From assembly GCA_963832745.1 (NCBI GenBank), contig CAWHVC010000002.1, forward strand, positions 96,001-160,000: 64,000 nucleotides of DNA, written 5' to 3'. The notes under the pieces are model-generated. The model searched no databases. It saw only the letters and a list, made by a program, of their open reading frames with translations, and was not told the origin of the DNA. Origin of the DNA: Candidatus Bathyarchaeota archaeon. Its GTDB lineage: Archaea; Thermoproteota; Bathyarchaeia; Bathyarchaeales; Bathycorpusculaceae. Each line of letters starts with the position of its first letter. Position 1 is the stretch's first letter. Shown here piece by piece: positions 40,817 to 52,070 of this stretch. The translations under genes and the position numbers were made by a program.

Positions 40817-41887
40817 ATGAAAACCGAAAACGAAAAAATAACAATGCTGCATGGCGCAGGCGGAACAGTCATGCACGATTTAGTAAAAAATCACATTGTC
40901 AAAAATTTTGGCGGCTTAGACCTGTTCGCTGAAGTGCCACTGGAAGCTATGGATGACGCTGCAGCAATCGGTGACATAGTTTTCAAAAGCGATTCACACG
41001 CGGTTAAACCCATCTTTTTCCCCGGTGGAGACATTGGGCGTCTATCTATTTCGGGTACAGTAAACGATATTTCAGCTTTAGGCGCCGAACCATACGCTTT
41101 AGCATCCGGCTTCATCTTAGAAGAAGGCTTGCCTATGGCTGATTTGGACAGGATACTGGTAAGCATGCGCCAAACCATGATTGAAGCGGGCGTAGGCATA
41201 GTTACAGGCGACACAAAAGTTGTAGAAAAAGGCAGTTTAGGCGGCTGCGTCATGAACGTTTCAGGCTTAGGCAGACGTTCAGAAGCGCTTGAAAGCAACT
41301 TAAAAACGGTAAAAAGGTGCAGACCAAACTTCTCTGCAAGATGGACTCTTGACTCAAGCCTTTCTGTGGGGGACAAAATTGTCCTTTTAGGAACCATCGG
41401 CGACCACGGGTTGGCGGTTCTTTCGGCACAGCAGGGCCTGACTTTTGGAAGCGAAATAAAATCTGACGTTAAACCATTAAACAAAGTAATACAACGGGTG
41501 CTCGGTGAAGTCGGCGGCGTCGTGACAATGAAAGACCCAACGCGCGGCGGCTTAGCTGACGCCTTAAGCGAATTTACCGAAAAATCAAAGATTGGCATCT
41601 TAATTCAAGAAGACAAAATTCCAATCAGAAAGGACGTTGTTGCCGCCTGCGAAATGCTTGGTTTAGACCCGCTTGAAGTTGGAAACGAAGGAAAAATGCT
41701 CTTTGGCGTGGTGCCCGAGAAAGTTGAGGAGGTTTTGGCGTTTCTTAAGCAAACCAGCGAGGGTAAAGATGCACAAATTATCGGTGAAGTCACAGACGCT
41801 TTTAAGGGCGTAGCTATGCAGACGGTTGTTGGTGGTAAACGTATCGTCGCTAGACCAATTGGTGACCCAGTGCCGAGAATCTGCTAA
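40817..41887 (+). CDS. hypE: Hydrogenase maturation protein HypE
   Basis: HGAGG, FFPGGDIG, GDTKVV, DPTRGG and C-terminal PRIC. Confidence 0.97.
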   Translation: MKTENEKITMLHGAGGTVMHDLVKNHIVKNFGGLDLFAEVPLEAMDDAAAIGDIVFKSDSHAVKPIFFPGGDIGRLSISGTVNDISALGAEPYALASGFILEEGLPMADLDRILVSMRQTMIEAGVGIVTGDTKVVEKGSLGGCVMNVSGLGRRSEALESNLKTVKRCRPNFSARWTLDSSLSVGDKIVLLGTIGDHGLAVLSAQQGLTFGSEIKSDVKPLNKVIQRVLGEVGGVVTMKDPTRGGLADALSEFTEKSKIGILIQEDKIPIRKDVVAACEMLGLDPLEVGNEGKMLFGVVPEKVEEVLAFLKQTSEGKDAQIIGEVTDAFKGVAMQTVVGGKRIVARPIGDPVPRIC

Positions 41888-41930
41888 AAAAAATTCCTTT
41901 TTATTTCCTTTTAAAAAAAGGAAAATTAGT

Positions 41931-42635
41931 TTATTTTTGGATTTTTTCCACTTTGCTTGGCGTAGCAATATAGACTATGTCGGTTAAGCCGACAAAGAAA
42001 CCGGTTTCAACAACACCTGGAATCATTTTAACTTTAACCAAAAGCTCTTGTGGATTCTGGATTAATCCAAAGTTGGCGTCAATTATTACGTTACCGTTGT
42101 CCGTAATGATTGGTCCAAGTTTGCCTTTTCCTTCACGAACAACTGGTATACCGCCTAACGCTGTAATACTGCTTTTTGCAAGTGAAAGCGCAAACGGCAA
42201 AACTTCGATTGGGACTGGCTGGTTGTTTTCGCCTAAAACTTTAACGCGTTTGCTTTCGTCAACGATTATAATGTTATATTTGCTGGCTGCGGCAACTATT
42301 TTTTCTCTTGCTAAGGCTGCACCCATGCCTTTTATGAGGTAAAGTTCAGGTGTAACTTGGTCGGCTCCATCAATCGTTACGTCAATTACTGGGTGTTCGT
42401 CAAGAGTAGTTATTTGGACACCATATTGAACTGCCAATTGGAACGCTTGATAAGATGACGGGATACCCATGATTTTCAAGTTTTCATTTTTTACTCGTTC
42501 GCCTAAAGCTTCTATGGCAAAAGCGACTGTGGTTCCGCTTCCTAACCCCACAATAGAGTTGTCTTTAACATGTTTAACTGCTTCAAGGGCAGCCTTCTTT
42601 TTTGCTTCCTGAATTAAATCTGCGTTAGTTTTCAA
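41931..42635 (-). CDS. rpiA: Ribose-5-phosphate isomerase A
   Basis: GLGSGTT, IDGADQ, REKIVA, PGVVETG. Confidence 0.95.
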   Translation of the reverse strand: MKTNADLIQEAKKKAALEAVKHVKDNSIVGLGSGTTVAFAIEALGERVKNENLKIMGIPSSYQAFQLAVQYGVQITTLDEHPVIDVTIDGADQVTPELYLIKGMGAALAREKIVAAASKYNIIIVDESKRVKVLGENNQPVPIEVLPFALSLAKSSITALGGIPVVREGKGKLGPIITDNGNVIIDANFGLIQNPQELLVKVKMIPGVVETGFFVGLTDIVYIATPSKVEKIQK

Positions 42636-43383
42636 TTTCCATCTGTCCTAACTTGTCTAGTACTTTTTCAACTTCACTTCTGATTGATTCTATACGTTTT
42701 TCAGCTTCAGTTTTGGCGTCTGGCTTTTCAACTACCGTTTTACGCTTCTTTTTAGGCTTCTCTTCACTGCTTGTTGGTGCTGATTCTTCCTCTTCTTCCT
42801 CATCATCTATCTCTATTTGGGTTGGTGCTGGAGTAGGTAGTTTTATTGGTATTTCTTTTATTGGTTTAATGTCGATTCTGCCGCGGAGTTCATCAACTTT
42901 TGAGGTTAACTCGCCGAAGCGTTCGCTAAAGAGTGACATTAAATCTTCTTGCATTCCTTCAAGTTCATGTAATGCAACGATGGTTTCGTCTTTAGCTATG
43001 GATTCTTTGATTGTTGACATACGGTTTTTGTAGGTTACTGCAAGTCTGTCGCGTTCTGTTTCGGTGATTTTGCCTTCTGCTTGAGCTTCATACAGCCGCC
43101 TAATAGAGTCACCAAGAATTTCGCGTTCTAAATCTAAAATGCGTAATTCATCTTTAGCGTTTGAGGCTGTGGTTGTTTGAATGCTTTTTGATATTCTGAA
43201 TGGTAGATTAGTTAATTCTAAATCTATGTTTTTAGGGTCTCTGCTTTTGATTTTTTCTTCTGGCTCTGGCTTTTTTTTGCCCCTAAGTCTCATTCCAAAA
43301 AGTACTGACATGGCTGCGGTTATAGCCAGTGTTACCGCTAGAATGATTATTATGATGATTGTTGGGTCATCGTACCAAGCCAT
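42625..43383 (-). CDS. Membrane-anchored coiled-coil protein
   Basis: N-terminal TM helix and acidic linker; overlaps the rpiA start. Confidence 0.7.
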   Translation of the reverse strand: MAWYDDPTIIIIIILAVTLAITAAMSVLFGMRLRGKKKPEPEEKIKSRDPKNIDLELTNLPFRISKSIQTTTASNAKDELRILDLEREILGDSIRRLYEAQAEGKITETERDRLAVTYKNRMSTIKESIAKDETIVALHELEGMQEDLMSLFSERFGELTSKVDELRGRIDIKPIKEIPIKLPTPAPTQIEIDDEEEEEESAPTSSEEKPKKKRKTVVEKPDAKTEAEKRIESIRSEVEKVLDKLGQMEIEN

Positions 43384-43789
43384 GCCGTGCTATCCTCTGT
43401 AATGTGATTGCATATGATGTATAAATAAATTAATATAATTAATCCCTAAGCTTACCGTTTAATATTTAAATGAACATTGAAAAACCTTATGTGCTTGTTT
43501 TAAAGGAAGATGCATCTTTGCTTGTTTTGTCCCTGTTTAATATGCTGGTTTAATTTTTTATTTAACTATCTTGTTGCTTGCAGAAACAGGGTTAGCTGAT
43601 TTTATAATGCCAATTGGCAGGTTGTTAACAATTAATAATTTTGTTTTAAAATAATTTGTTTTTACAAAAAAAGCGGTTAGCCGATATTTTACTTAACTCT
43701 TATAAGTATCTTCTTTTTTATTGTTTTTTATAGCGCTGGTAAGCGTCGACGTATAAAACGTTGAATTAGGTTTATGGAGCGTTTTTTTA

Positions 43790-44254
43790 TTGAAAACTCA
43801 TTTTTGGAAAGGTTTGTCTACGCCTGTTTTTTTAGCAATCATGACAATAATCTTGCTGGTATCAGTCTCTTCATTGGGTTTGCTTACAATTAACAAAACA
43901 ATCTCATCCACTGGAACAATCGTGGTGTCAACTCCTAACCTTGGCATTTTTTCAGACAGTCAGTGCACGCAGTCATTGACTATCTTCGATTGGGGGTCAA
44001 TTGCGCCTGACACGTCGGTTACTAAAACCATCTACATCAAAAATTCTGGAGATGTGCCCTTAACTTTGACTATGGCATCGAGTGGTTGGGACCCCGCTGC
44101 CGCCGCAAATTCGATGGGGTTGACTTGGAATAAGCAAAGTTCGACACTGGCTGTTGGGCAAACTACGTCTGCAGTTTTAACTTTGACTGTTGATTCTGAT
44201 ATTAGCGGTATATCGACTTTTAGCGTAGACATTATAGTGTCTGGTACAGGGTAG
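43790..44254 (+). CDS. Secreted / surface beta-sandwich protein
   Basis: Hydrophobic N-terminus and S/T-rich Ig-like pattern. Confidence 0.65.
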   Translation: MKTHFWKGLSTPVFLAIMTIILLVSVSSLGLLTINKTISSTGTIVVSTPNLGIFSDSQCTQSLTIFDWGSIAPDTSVTKTIYIKNSGDVPLTLTMASSGWDPAAAANSMGLTWNKQSSTLAVGQTTSAVLTLTVDSDISGISTFSVDIIVSGTG

Positions 44255-44444
44255 GCTTCCACTTTTTCTTCTTTATTTTCATTTATAAAAAAGCATGGGT
44301 TTTTTGTTAAATTTTGGCAAGAATTAATTGTATTCGATGTATTTCATTTAATTTTTGCTTGGTAAGTTAACTCGTTGCTTACAATAATTTAAATCCCTAA
44401 CTTTGCTTATAGTAGGTTAGCGATTTTTTAGGAGAAAAATTAAA

Positions 44445-46985
44445 TTGAAAAAAACATTTGCTTTTCTTTTCGTTTTAACCCTGTTAGTAGCATCGTTAAC
44501 ATTTGCAATATTAGAAAAACCAGTTTCGGCTCAATACTGGGATACAAGCGGTCAATACCATTCAACAATGGGTGGGCAAATTCCTGCTGGCGTAACTCCT
44601 GACACTATTGTTCCAACGCATGCATTCATTGCCGTTACACCTAATCCTATAGGTAAAGGGCAAACATTGCTGGTTAATGTTTGGACTACTCCTGGAACAG
44701 ACGTTAGCCGGTACCACACTGGTTACACCGTTACTATCACAAAGCCTGATGGTTCAACAGAAAACAAAACCATGAATTCTTACTACGCAGACTCCACATC
44801 CTACTTTACTTATGTACCAGAAACTACTGGAGACTACAAGTTTCAATTCACCTTTGCAGGTGACTATTATGCTGCAGGGAATTATACTATGAATCAAGGT
44901 GCCGTCTTCCTGATGGGGGGAGGTAGCCAAAACGTAAGCTTCACAAAATCCGCATGGTATGAACCCTCAACGAGTACAGTCACTACTGTAACAGTTCAAG
45001 AAGACCCTGTAATGTCCTGGCCGCCTTCTCAATTACCAAGTGATTACTGGACGAGACCCATTTCGCCTGAAAACCGTGAATGGTGGATCATCGCAGGTAA
45101 TTATCCTGGAATAGGTGAAGTAGGTGGTGGACCTTCTTGGCCAGCAGACACAAACACTTACGTTACTAGTTCTTACTCTTTTGTTCCTTATGCTTTAGGT
45201 CCTAACTCTGCTCACGTTGTTTGGAGAATGCCTGTGTCTGATGCAGGTCTTGTAGGGGGTATACATGGAACTGACTCCTATGTAGGCGGCGGCTTCGGTG
45301 TAGGTCCATCAGTCATTTACAATGGACGTGCATATCAACAAATATCCCAAGGTGGATCCAACAATATTTTAGAATGCTACGATATACGAACTGGTGCAGT
45401 ATATTGGCAGATTCCAAACCCGATTCCCTCCTCAAACCTCTTTGGCTTTGTCATGTCTGGCTCAATGTACCTATCTTACAGTGAAGGAACCGCAGAAGTA
45501 CCAGGTGGAACGGCTTCATCGATGAGTGCCGGAGCGACTCTTGTCTGCTTAGGTAACAACCTTGTCAAGATTGATCCATTCAGCGGTGCAGTAACATTAA
45601 ACGTTACAGGCATGTCAGGAACTTACTACGCAGACCCGTATGTTTTAAGTGTGCAAGCTCTTGGCTCTCCAATGGCTCCAACAGGATATCGCTTGCTAAA
45701 CTGGAGTATTACAGGTTCAACAACCAACTTTACAAACCGTGTTGTTAGTAACATTTCATGGCCAATAAGCAGTTTGCCTTCAACAACTGACTTCGAAGCT
45801 GGAGTAGCCGTTTCTATAAGCAGTATCCCTGACTCAGCCGTAGGACCCTACGGTGCCGTAGGAACAATGCTATCTGGATACAGCATAACCACAGGTCAAA
45901 TGCTTTGGAACATAACAGAATCTGGTACAGGATACAGTTTGGCTTGTGAATGTGCAGACCACGGAAAAGTAGCTCTCCTTATGACCACTGGAGTATGGAA
46001 AGCATGGGATATACAAACAGGTGCAGTAGCTTGGATAAGTGAACCAATGGCTAATCCATGGGGGCTATCAAGCTTTGGCGATTACGGACAACAATCAGCA
46101 TACGGTTTACTTTACAGAGAATCCTATGATGGTGTCTATGCGTTTAACTGGAGTAATGGCCAAATAGCTTGGCATTTCATGGCTCCATCAGTACCGTTTG
46201 AAACGCCCTACAGCGGCAACTACTCGTTTAACGGCGGCGGAATTGTTGCGGACGGAAAACTTTACACGTACAACACAGAACACACACCAAGCAACCCAAT
46301 TACAAGGGGCTGGAGACTTTTCTGTATTAACGCGACCTCCGGCGAAGGTATATGGAATATAACTGGACCAATGACTCCGATGGCGGTAGCAGACGGGTAT
46401 CTTGCAGCAAGCAACGGATATGATGGTTACATGTACGTGTTCGGTAAAGGCCAAAGCCAAACCACTGTATCAGTGCCCCAGACTCAAATTCCCACAGGAA
46501 CAAGCGTTATCATCTCAGGTTCAATCTTAGACCAATCACCTGGCAGTGCAGGTAAAGCATGTGTATCTAAAGATTCTATGACGGCATATATGGAGTACCT
46601 TTACATGCAGCATCCAATCGACGGTATCTATCATAACTTGACGATAACCGGCGTTCCAGTGTCAATAGATGCCGTTGATCCAAACAACAACACAATACAC
46701 ATCGGTGACACAACAAGCGATCTAAGCGGAACTTACAGTTTTGTTTGGATGCCAACAATGGATGGGACATACACAATAACTGCAACATTCATGGGTGACG
46801 AATCCTACGGAAGTTCATGGGCTGAAACAAGCGCTGTAGTAGTAGCTGGCTCAGGAACAACATCAACGCCGACACCAACCGCATTAACTTTGCCACCATA
46901 CGAATTATACACTATTGGTACAGGCATCGCAGTAATTATTGCAATCGCTATAGTAGGTTTACTAACACTTAGAAAGCGGCCTTAA
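44445..46985 (+). CDS. PQQ-like beta-propeller surface protein
   Basis: Signal peptide, repeated TG..LW/VW blade motifs, C-terminal TM helix with basic tail. Confidence 0.8.
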   Translation: MKKTFAFLFVLTLLVASLTFAILEKPVSAQYWDTSGQYHSTMGGQIPAGVTPDTIVPTHAFIAVTPNPIGKGQTLLVNVWTTPGTDVSRYHTGYTVTITKPDGSTENKTMNSYYADSTSYFTYVPETTGDYKFQFTFAGDYYAAGNYTMNQGAVFLMGGGSQNVSFTKSAWYEPSTSTVTTVTVQEDPVMSWPPSQLPSDYWTRPISPENREWWIIAGNYPGIGEVGGGPSWPADTNTYVTSSYSFVPYALGPNSAHVVWRMPVSDAGLVGGIHGTDSYVGGGFGVGPSVIYNGRAYQQISQGGSNNILECYDIRTGAVYWQIPNPIPSSNLFGFVMSGSMYLSYSEGTAEVPGGTASSMSAGATLVCLGNNLVKIDPFSGAVTLNVTGMSGTYYADPYVLSVQALGSPMAPTGYRLLNWSITGSTTNFTNRVVSNISWPISSLPSTTDFEAGVAVSISSIPDSAVGPYGAVGTMLSGYSITTGQMLWNITESGTGYSLACECADHGKVALLMTTGVWKAWDIQTGAVAWISEPMANPWGLSSFGDYGQQSAYGLLYRESYDGVYAFNWSNGQIAWHFMAPSVPFETPYSGNYSFNGGGIVADGKLYTYNTEHTPSNPITRGWRLFCINATSGEGIWNITGPMTPMAVADGYLAASNGYDGYMYVFGKGQSQTTVSVPQTQIPTGTSVIISGSILDQSPGSAGKACVSKDSMTAYMEYLYMQHPIDGIYHNLTITGVPVSIDAVDPNNNTIHIGDTTSDLSGTYSFVWMPTMDGTYTITATFMGDESYGSSWAETSAVVVAGSGTTSTPTPTALTLPPYELYTIGTGIAVIIAIAIVGLLTLRKRP

Positions 46986-47400
46986 AAACCGCATTTTTCC
47001 CTTTTCTTTTTATTTTTTTAGTTTAAGGGTTTTTTAACAAAAAAGGGCTAGCCTAAATGGTAACAAATATGCCACTTCACCTATGTATCCATGGATAATG
47101 GCTTGTTTTTGTGCAAAATTATGTTTCTGATGCCCTGCACGTCACTTTTTTGTTTTAAAGTGATTAATTATGCGGGGGCGAGGCAAGGTCGACTTTTGGG
47201 TCTATTTTGCGTTCGCGCTGGGCGTATTTGGAAAAACTATATTAGATTAATTGCACTCCAAAGTCTGACACACCTCACGCGTTCGAATTGATCCCGTCGC
47301 AGGGATGCTAAATGGCTCGATAAAAGTAAAATCTTACTTGTGATACGGAAAGCCATATAAATCGCTTTTACGTGTTTGTTTGCGCATCGGAGATATAGAA

Positions 47401-47877
47401 ATGCCAAAATGGGGATACTCCATCATTCAAGAAACCTTAAATCCGGAAAAAACAGCGAAAGCCAGCGGAAGAGAACTCAAGGTATCCCATAAAGCGGCAA
47501 GAGAAGTTTGCCGTGCTGTCAGGGGTATGATGCTTAGTAACGCAAAAGAATATTTGCGTGATGTCATCGTAATGAAAAAAGCTGTCCCCTACGCAAGATA
47601 CAAGAAGAAACTCGGCCACAGACGTGGTTTAGTCCGTACTTTTGCCGGAAGATACCCAATCAAAACATCCGAACAAATCCTCCGTGTTATCGAAGCAGCA
47701 GAAGCAAATGCTGAAAACAAAGGCTTAGACGTTGACCGCCTAAGAATCATTCACGCTGCTGCCTATCCAGGTATGAAACTCAAACGTTTCACTCCGCGAG
47801 CACACGGTAGAGCATCACCAAAATACGATACCACAACACACGTTGAAATCGTTTTAGACGAGAAACCGGGAGAATAG
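47401..47877 (+). CDS. rpl22: 50S ribosomal protein uL22
   Basis: AGRYP.K, PRAHGRA, HVEIVL. Confidence 0.95.
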   Translation: MPKWGYSIIQETLNPEKTAKASGRELKVSHKAAREVCRAVRGMMLSNAKEYLRDVIVMKKAVPYARYKKKLGHRRGLVRTFAGRYPIKTSEQILRVIEAAEANAENKGLDVDRLRIIHAAAYPGMKLKRFTPRAHGRASPKYDTTTHVEIVLDEKPGE

Positions 47878-47879
47878 GC

Positions 47880-48629
47880 ATGTCAATAGTTAAACGTTTT
47901 ATAACTGAAGCAATAAAAAGAACCGAAATTGACGAGTTCTTACAGAAAAAACTTGAACGCGCAGGATACGGTGGAGTAAACCTTTCAAAAACTCCGCTGG
48001 GAACCCACGTTGTTATCTACGCCATGAGACCAGGATTAGTTATTGGTCGAGGCGGAGAAACCATCAAAGAACTCGCAGCATCATTAGAAGAAAACTTTAA
48101 GCTTTCTAACCCACAAATCAGCGTCTCCGAAATTGAAGTTCCAGAATTTAACGCTCTAGTAGTTGCAAACCGTGTTTCATCTGCCTTGCAGCGAGGAGTT
48201 CACTTTAGACGCGCAGGTTTCTGGGCATTAAACCAAGTTATGGAAGCAGGCGCATTAGGCTGCGAAATTGTTATCAGCGGTAAACTTCGCACAGAACGCG
48301 CAAGATTCGAAAAATTCCGTGCAGGATACTTCCCAAGATGTGGAGAACCAGCACTAGTTTTCACCAAGAAAGCTGAAGCTCACGTCCAACTTAAACCCGG
48401 CATGATTGGTGTCCGCGTTAAAATTATGCCTCCAGACGCACAATTCCCAGACAAAATCAAAATAGCAGCAGCATTACCTCCTGAAGAAGAAAAAGAAATT
48501 GTTCCCCAAGCACCAGTAGCAGCTAAAGCACCCGAGCCAGCACCTGAGCCTGAACCAGCACCAGAAGAAACCGTTGTAGCTAAAGAAGTCGCTGACGAAG
48601 CACCCGAAACTGAGGAGGCAAAAGAGTAA
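47880..48629 (+). CDS. rps3: 30S ribosomal protein uS3
   Basis: RPGLVIGRGG, GCEIVISGKL. Confidence 0.97.
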   Translation: MSIVKRFITEAIKRTEIDEFLQKKLERAGYGGVNLSKTPLGTHVVIYAMRPGLVIGRGGETIKELAASLEENFKLSNPQISVSEIEVPEFNALVVANRVSSALQRGVHFRRAGFWALNQVMEAGALGCEIVISGKLRTERARFEKFRAGYFPRCGEPALVFTKKAEAHVQLKPGMIGVRVKIMPPDAQFPDKIKIAAALPPEEEKEIVPQAPVAAKAPEPAPEPEPAPEETVVAKEVADEAPETEEAKE

Positions 48630-48913
48630 TGCCTATAATGCGACTCCAAGAAATCATCAACATGTCCAGCATGGACAGAACAAAAAAACTTTCAGAATTA
48701 CGCACTGAACTTGCACGCATGCATACAATGATCAATGCGGGCGGCGCTGTTGAAAATCCAACACGCGTAAGAGAATTGCGTAAAACTATCGCTCAAATTC
48801 TCACTATTGAGAATGAGCAGAAACTTAACCTTAGGGCTCCAGCTCAAGTAAAAGAAGAAAAGAAAGCTGAAAAAAAGCCCAAGGTGACACAATCTAAGGA
48901 GAAACAGGATTAA
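48629..48913 (+). CDS. rpl29: 50S ribosomal protein uL29
   Basis: ENPTRVRELRKTIAQILT; operon position. Confidence 0.92.
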   Translation: MPIMRLQEIINMSSMDRTKKLSELRTELARMHTMINAGGAVENPTRVRELRKTIAQILTIENEQKLNLRAPAQVKEEKKAEKKPKVTQSKEKQD

Positions 48914-49194
48914 TGAAAATAACCCCAGACATCATCCGATACGAGTTTATCGGCACGGCAGCTCAAGTCGCCCAAAGTAACCATCCTGGTTACCTTGGAT
49001 TAAGCGGCAGAGTTATCGGGGAAACAAAAAATTCTTTCACTTTAGACAGTGAAGGCAAAACTAAAAGCGTAATTAAAGACTCAGCTGTTTTTAACTTCGC
49101 ATTCAATGATGGTACAATCGTTGAAATTGACGGTAAACTTTTGGTTGGAAGACCAGAGGATAGACTTAAAAAAAGCATTAAGAGGTTATGGTAA
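48913..49194 (+). CDS. rnp1: RNase P protein component 1 (Rpp29)
   Basis: G.VIGETKN, GRPEDRLKK. Confidence 0.92.
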   Translation: MKITPDIIRYEFIGTAAQVAQSNHPGYLGLSGRVIGETKNSFTLDSEGKTKSVIKDSAVFNFAFNDGTIVEIDGKLLVGRPEDRLKKSIKRLW

Positions 49195-49514
49195 TGTCTC
49201 TAACATTCAAGCAACCTAAAAAAACATGCGATGACCGCAATTGTCCATTCCACGGAGCACTGGCCATAAGAGGCCGTATTCTGGAAGGAGTAGTTGTTTC
49301 TGGAAAAATGGATAAAACAGTCATAGTTGACAGAGAATTTATGCAGTTCTCATCAAAGTTCTCAAGATACGAACGAAGACACGGTCATATTGCATCACAC
49401 AACCCACCTTGCATTGACGTTAAAGAAGGCGACCGCGTAAGAATTGCTGAATGCAGACCAATCAGCAAAACTGTATCTTTCGTAGTTGTTGAAAAATTAG
49501 GAGAGGAAAAGTAA
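49188..49514 (+). CDS. rps17: 30S ribosomal protein uS17
   Basis: [13 protein letters not shown]. Confidence 0.96.
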   Translation: MVMSLTFKQPKKTCDDRNCPFHGALAIRGRILEGVVVSGKMDKTVIVDREFMQFSSKFSRYERRHGHIASHNPPCIDVKEGDRVRIAECRPISKTVSFVVVEKLGEEK

Positions 49515-49515
49515 A

Positions 49516-49959
49516 ATGTGTGCAGCGAAGGCAAAGCAGAGAGCCCTTACAGCAAAAGGCATGCTTTCTCACGGACAAAAAGTTAGCAGAGGCTTACAAT
49601 CAGGTTCTGAACTCCGATGCACTGACAACACAGGCGCACGAGTTCTTCGATTAATTCAAGCAATGGGCTACAAAGGACGCCTGAGACGTTACCCATCCGC
49701 CACAGTAGGCGATAAAGTGACTGTTTCAGTACGTCAAGGCTCACCAGACATGCGTAAAAAGATCTTCCAAGCAGTCATTGTACGCCAAAGACGATCTTTC
49801 CGTAGAGTCGACGGCGTTTGGGTACAATTTGAAGATAACGCAGCAGTAATTATTACTCCTGAAGGTGAAATGAAAGGCTCCGAAATCAGGGGACCAGTTG
49901 CAAGAGAAGCTGCAGAAAGATGGCCAAGAATCGCCAGCGCCTCAAGCATAATTGTTTAA
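49516..49959 (+). CDS. rpl14: 50S ribosomal protein uL14
   Basis: [23 protein letters not shown]. Confidence 0.97.
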   Translation: MCAAKAKQRALTAKGMLSHGQKVSRGLQSGSELRCTDNTGARVLRLIQAMGYKGRLRRYPSATVGDKVTVSVRQGSPDMRKKIFQAVIVRQRRSFRRVDGVWVQFEDNAAVIITPEGEMKGSEIRGPVAREAAERWPRIASASSIIV

Positions 49960-49975
49960 GGAGAGAAAAAGACAC

Positions 49976-50575
49976 ATGCAATTAAAAGTAAAGAATCCGG
50001 GCAAGCAACGTAAACGCCTTTACAACGCCCCTGCTCATATACGTCACAAGTTAATGGCTGCTCCACTTACAAAAGAGTTAGCCGCAAAGCAAGGAATAAA
50101 AACTCTGCCTGTGCGAAAAGGTGACACAGTTCACATTGCACGCGGAGACAACAAGGGATTTGAAGGTAAAGTTTCCCGCGTTGATCCTAGAATTTACCGT
50201 ATTTACATTGAAGGCTTAACACGTGAAAAAGTTGATGGCACCAACATTTTCCTTCCAGTGCATCCTTCCAAGGTTATGATTAAAAACCTTAATCTTGACG
50301 ATAAAAAACGTAAAACGATCATTGGAAGAAAGAAGCCACTTGAAAAAGAAGCTGCTCCAAAACCAACAAACATTCCTGTAACAACCGTTAAAGCAAAACC
50401 AGAGCCGAAAGTTCCAGTTGAAGAAGTCGAAGCACCCGCAAAGCCAGTAGTTGTAAAAGAAGCTCCAGAACCAAAAAAGGTAGCAGTCAAAAAGGCGCCA
50501 GCGGCAAAACAAGAAGCCGAATCTAAGCCTAGTGCTAAACCGAAAGCCCCTAAAAAAACTGAGGGAGGACAATAA
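49976..50575 (+). CDS. rpl24: 50S ribosomal protein uL24
   Basis: KQRK..YNAP.H, VRKGD.V, HPSKV. Confidence 0.95.
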   Translation: MQLKVKNPGKQRKRLYNAPAHIRHKLMAAPLTKELAAKQGIKTLPVRKGDTVHIARGDNKGFEGKVSRVDPRIYRIYIEGLTREKVDGTNIFLPVHPSKVMIKNLNLDDKKRKTIIGRKKPLEKEAAPKPTNIPVTTVKAKPEPKVPVEEVEAPAKPVVVKEAPEPKKVAVKKAPAAKQEAESKPSAKPKAPKKTEGGQ

Positions 50576-50577
50576 AA

Positions 50578-51345
50578 TTGGGTAGAAAAGGAAAAACAGC
50601 AAGGCTGAAACGTAAGCCAGCACCAAAATTCTGGCCTATTCACAGAAAAGAATCTCCATGGGTAGTTAAACCTGTATCTGGTCCACATTCACTTCAAAAA
50701 TGTTTACCAATGACACTTGTACTCCGTGACATGCTCGGAGTTGCAGATACCAGAAAAGAAGGAAAACTTATCCTGTCAGAAGGCACAGTTCAAGTAAACG
50801 GTATAGTCCGCAAAAAAGATGATTTCCCAGTTGGTTTAATGGATGTCATCTCAATGCCTGAATCAAATCAGTACTACCGCGTTGTGCCTTCACACAAAGG
50901 ATTAGTCCTGTTACCAATCAACAAAGAAGACGCAAAATACAGGCTCGTCCGTGTTGAAAATAAAACAACAACCTCGGTTGGTGTTCAAATTGCACTTCAC
51001 GACGGTACAAACATGTTAGTCAAAGTTGCAGACCCTAAAAACCCCGTTGAAGTAAAATACGAAACCTTCGACATCCTTAAAATAAACATTGCAGATGGTC
51101 AAGTAGCTGAAACACTCAAAACAAAAGAAGGTAACACTGCAGTAATCACCGGCGGTAAAAACATCGGTGTCCAAGGCAAAATTGTTGAAATAGAAAAAAC
51201 TGAAGCCAAGAAACGTCGACAAGCACTAGTCGTCATTGAAGATGATCAAGGTGCACGTTGCCAAACAATATTGGACTTCATCTTTTCTATTGGCAGCAAC
51301 GAGCAACAAGTAATAGCAGAACCGGAGGAAACCACAGTTGTCTGA
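50578..51345 (+). CDS. rps4e: 30S ribosomal protein eS4
   Basis: GPH, FPVGLMDVI, HDGTN, ITGGKN. Confidence 0.96.
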   Translation: MGRKGKTARLKRKPAPKFWPIHRKESPWVVKPVSGPHSLQKCLPMTLVLRDMLGVADTRKEGKLILSEGTVQVNGIVRKKDDFPVGLMDVISMPESNQYYRVVPSHKGLVLLPINKEDAKYRLVRVENKTTTSVGVQIALHDGTNMLVKVADPKNPVEVKYETFDILKINIADGQVAETLKTKEGNTAVITGGKNIGVQGKIVEIEKTEAKKRRQALVVIEDDQGARCQTILDFIFSIGSNEQQVIAEPEETTVV

Positions 51346-51877
51346 AGAAGCCCCAATTGAACAGTGGACTGAACACAAAATGATGCAACCACGAATAGAA
51401 AAAGTGGTTGTTAACCTCAACATCGGCAAGTCAGGCGAACCGCTTGAAAAAGCCACACGTGTACTCAGTGAAATTTCAGGTCAAACACCTTACAAAGCAA
51501 AAGCAAAGAAAAGCATCAGAGACTGGGGCATCAGACAAGGTGAACCAATCGCATGCGTTGTAACACTGCGCCGTGAAAAAGGATTGGACTTCCTAAAGAA
51601 GGTACTTCCAGTCGTGGATAATAAAATTGCAGAACGTTCATTCGACCAAGTTGGAAACTTTGCATTCGGCTTAAAAGAACACATTGACATACCCGGCGTT
51701 AAATATGACCCTGAAATCGGAATCTTCGGAATGGACATTTGCGTTTCAGTAAATCGTCCAGGTCAACGCATAAAGATTCGGCGAAAGCAAACAAAACGTA
51801 TCGGCAAAAAACACTTGCTTACACCTGAAGAGTCCATCGCGTACATTAGACAAACTTTAGGAGTCGAAATCGTTTAA
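51338..51877 (+). CDS. rpl5: 50S ribosomal protein uL5
   Basis: [27 protein letters not shown]. Confidence 0.97.
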   Translation: MSEEAPIEQWTEHKMMQPRIEKVVVNLNIGKSGEPLEKATRVLSEISGQTPYKAKAKKSIRDWGIRQGEPIACVVTLRREKGLDFLKKVLPVVDNKIAERSFDQVGNFAFGLKEHIDIPGVKYDPEIGIFGMDICVSVNRPGQRIKIRRKQTKRIGKKHLLTPEESIAYIRQTLGVEIV

Positions 51878-51894
51878 ATTTAGAGTGTGAATGT

Positions 51895-52059
51895 ATGGGA
51901 AAACAGCAAACTAAAAAAGAACGAAAATACGGTAAAGGTTCACGACCATGCGTTAGATGCGGTGCTTATGGACCAGTTATCCGACGTTATGATTTATATT
52001 TATGTAGGCAATGTTTTAGAGAAGCAGCGCCGAAATTAGGATTCAAAAAATATGAGTAG
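51895..52059 (+). CDS. rps14: 30S ribosomal protein uS14 (zinc-binding type; not in ORF track)
   Basis: Manual translation MGKQ...[11 protein letters not shown]...[14 protein letters not shown], 54 aa. Confidence 0.95.
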   Translation: MGKQQTKKERKYGKGSRPCVRCGAYGPVIRRYDLYLCRQCFREAAPKLGFKKYE

Positions 52060-52070
52060 GAGCTAGGGCA

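Noticed and set aside
40891-41598. Long antisense ORFs (here and opposite the permease, ribosomal and sulfatase genes)
   Set aside because: They are shadows of well-supported genes on the other strand and have no motifs.
47255-47310. TPP riboswitch
   Set aside because: Only superficial CTGA...TGAT...AGGGA similarity; no CTGAGA or P5 loop, and no thiamine gene nearby.
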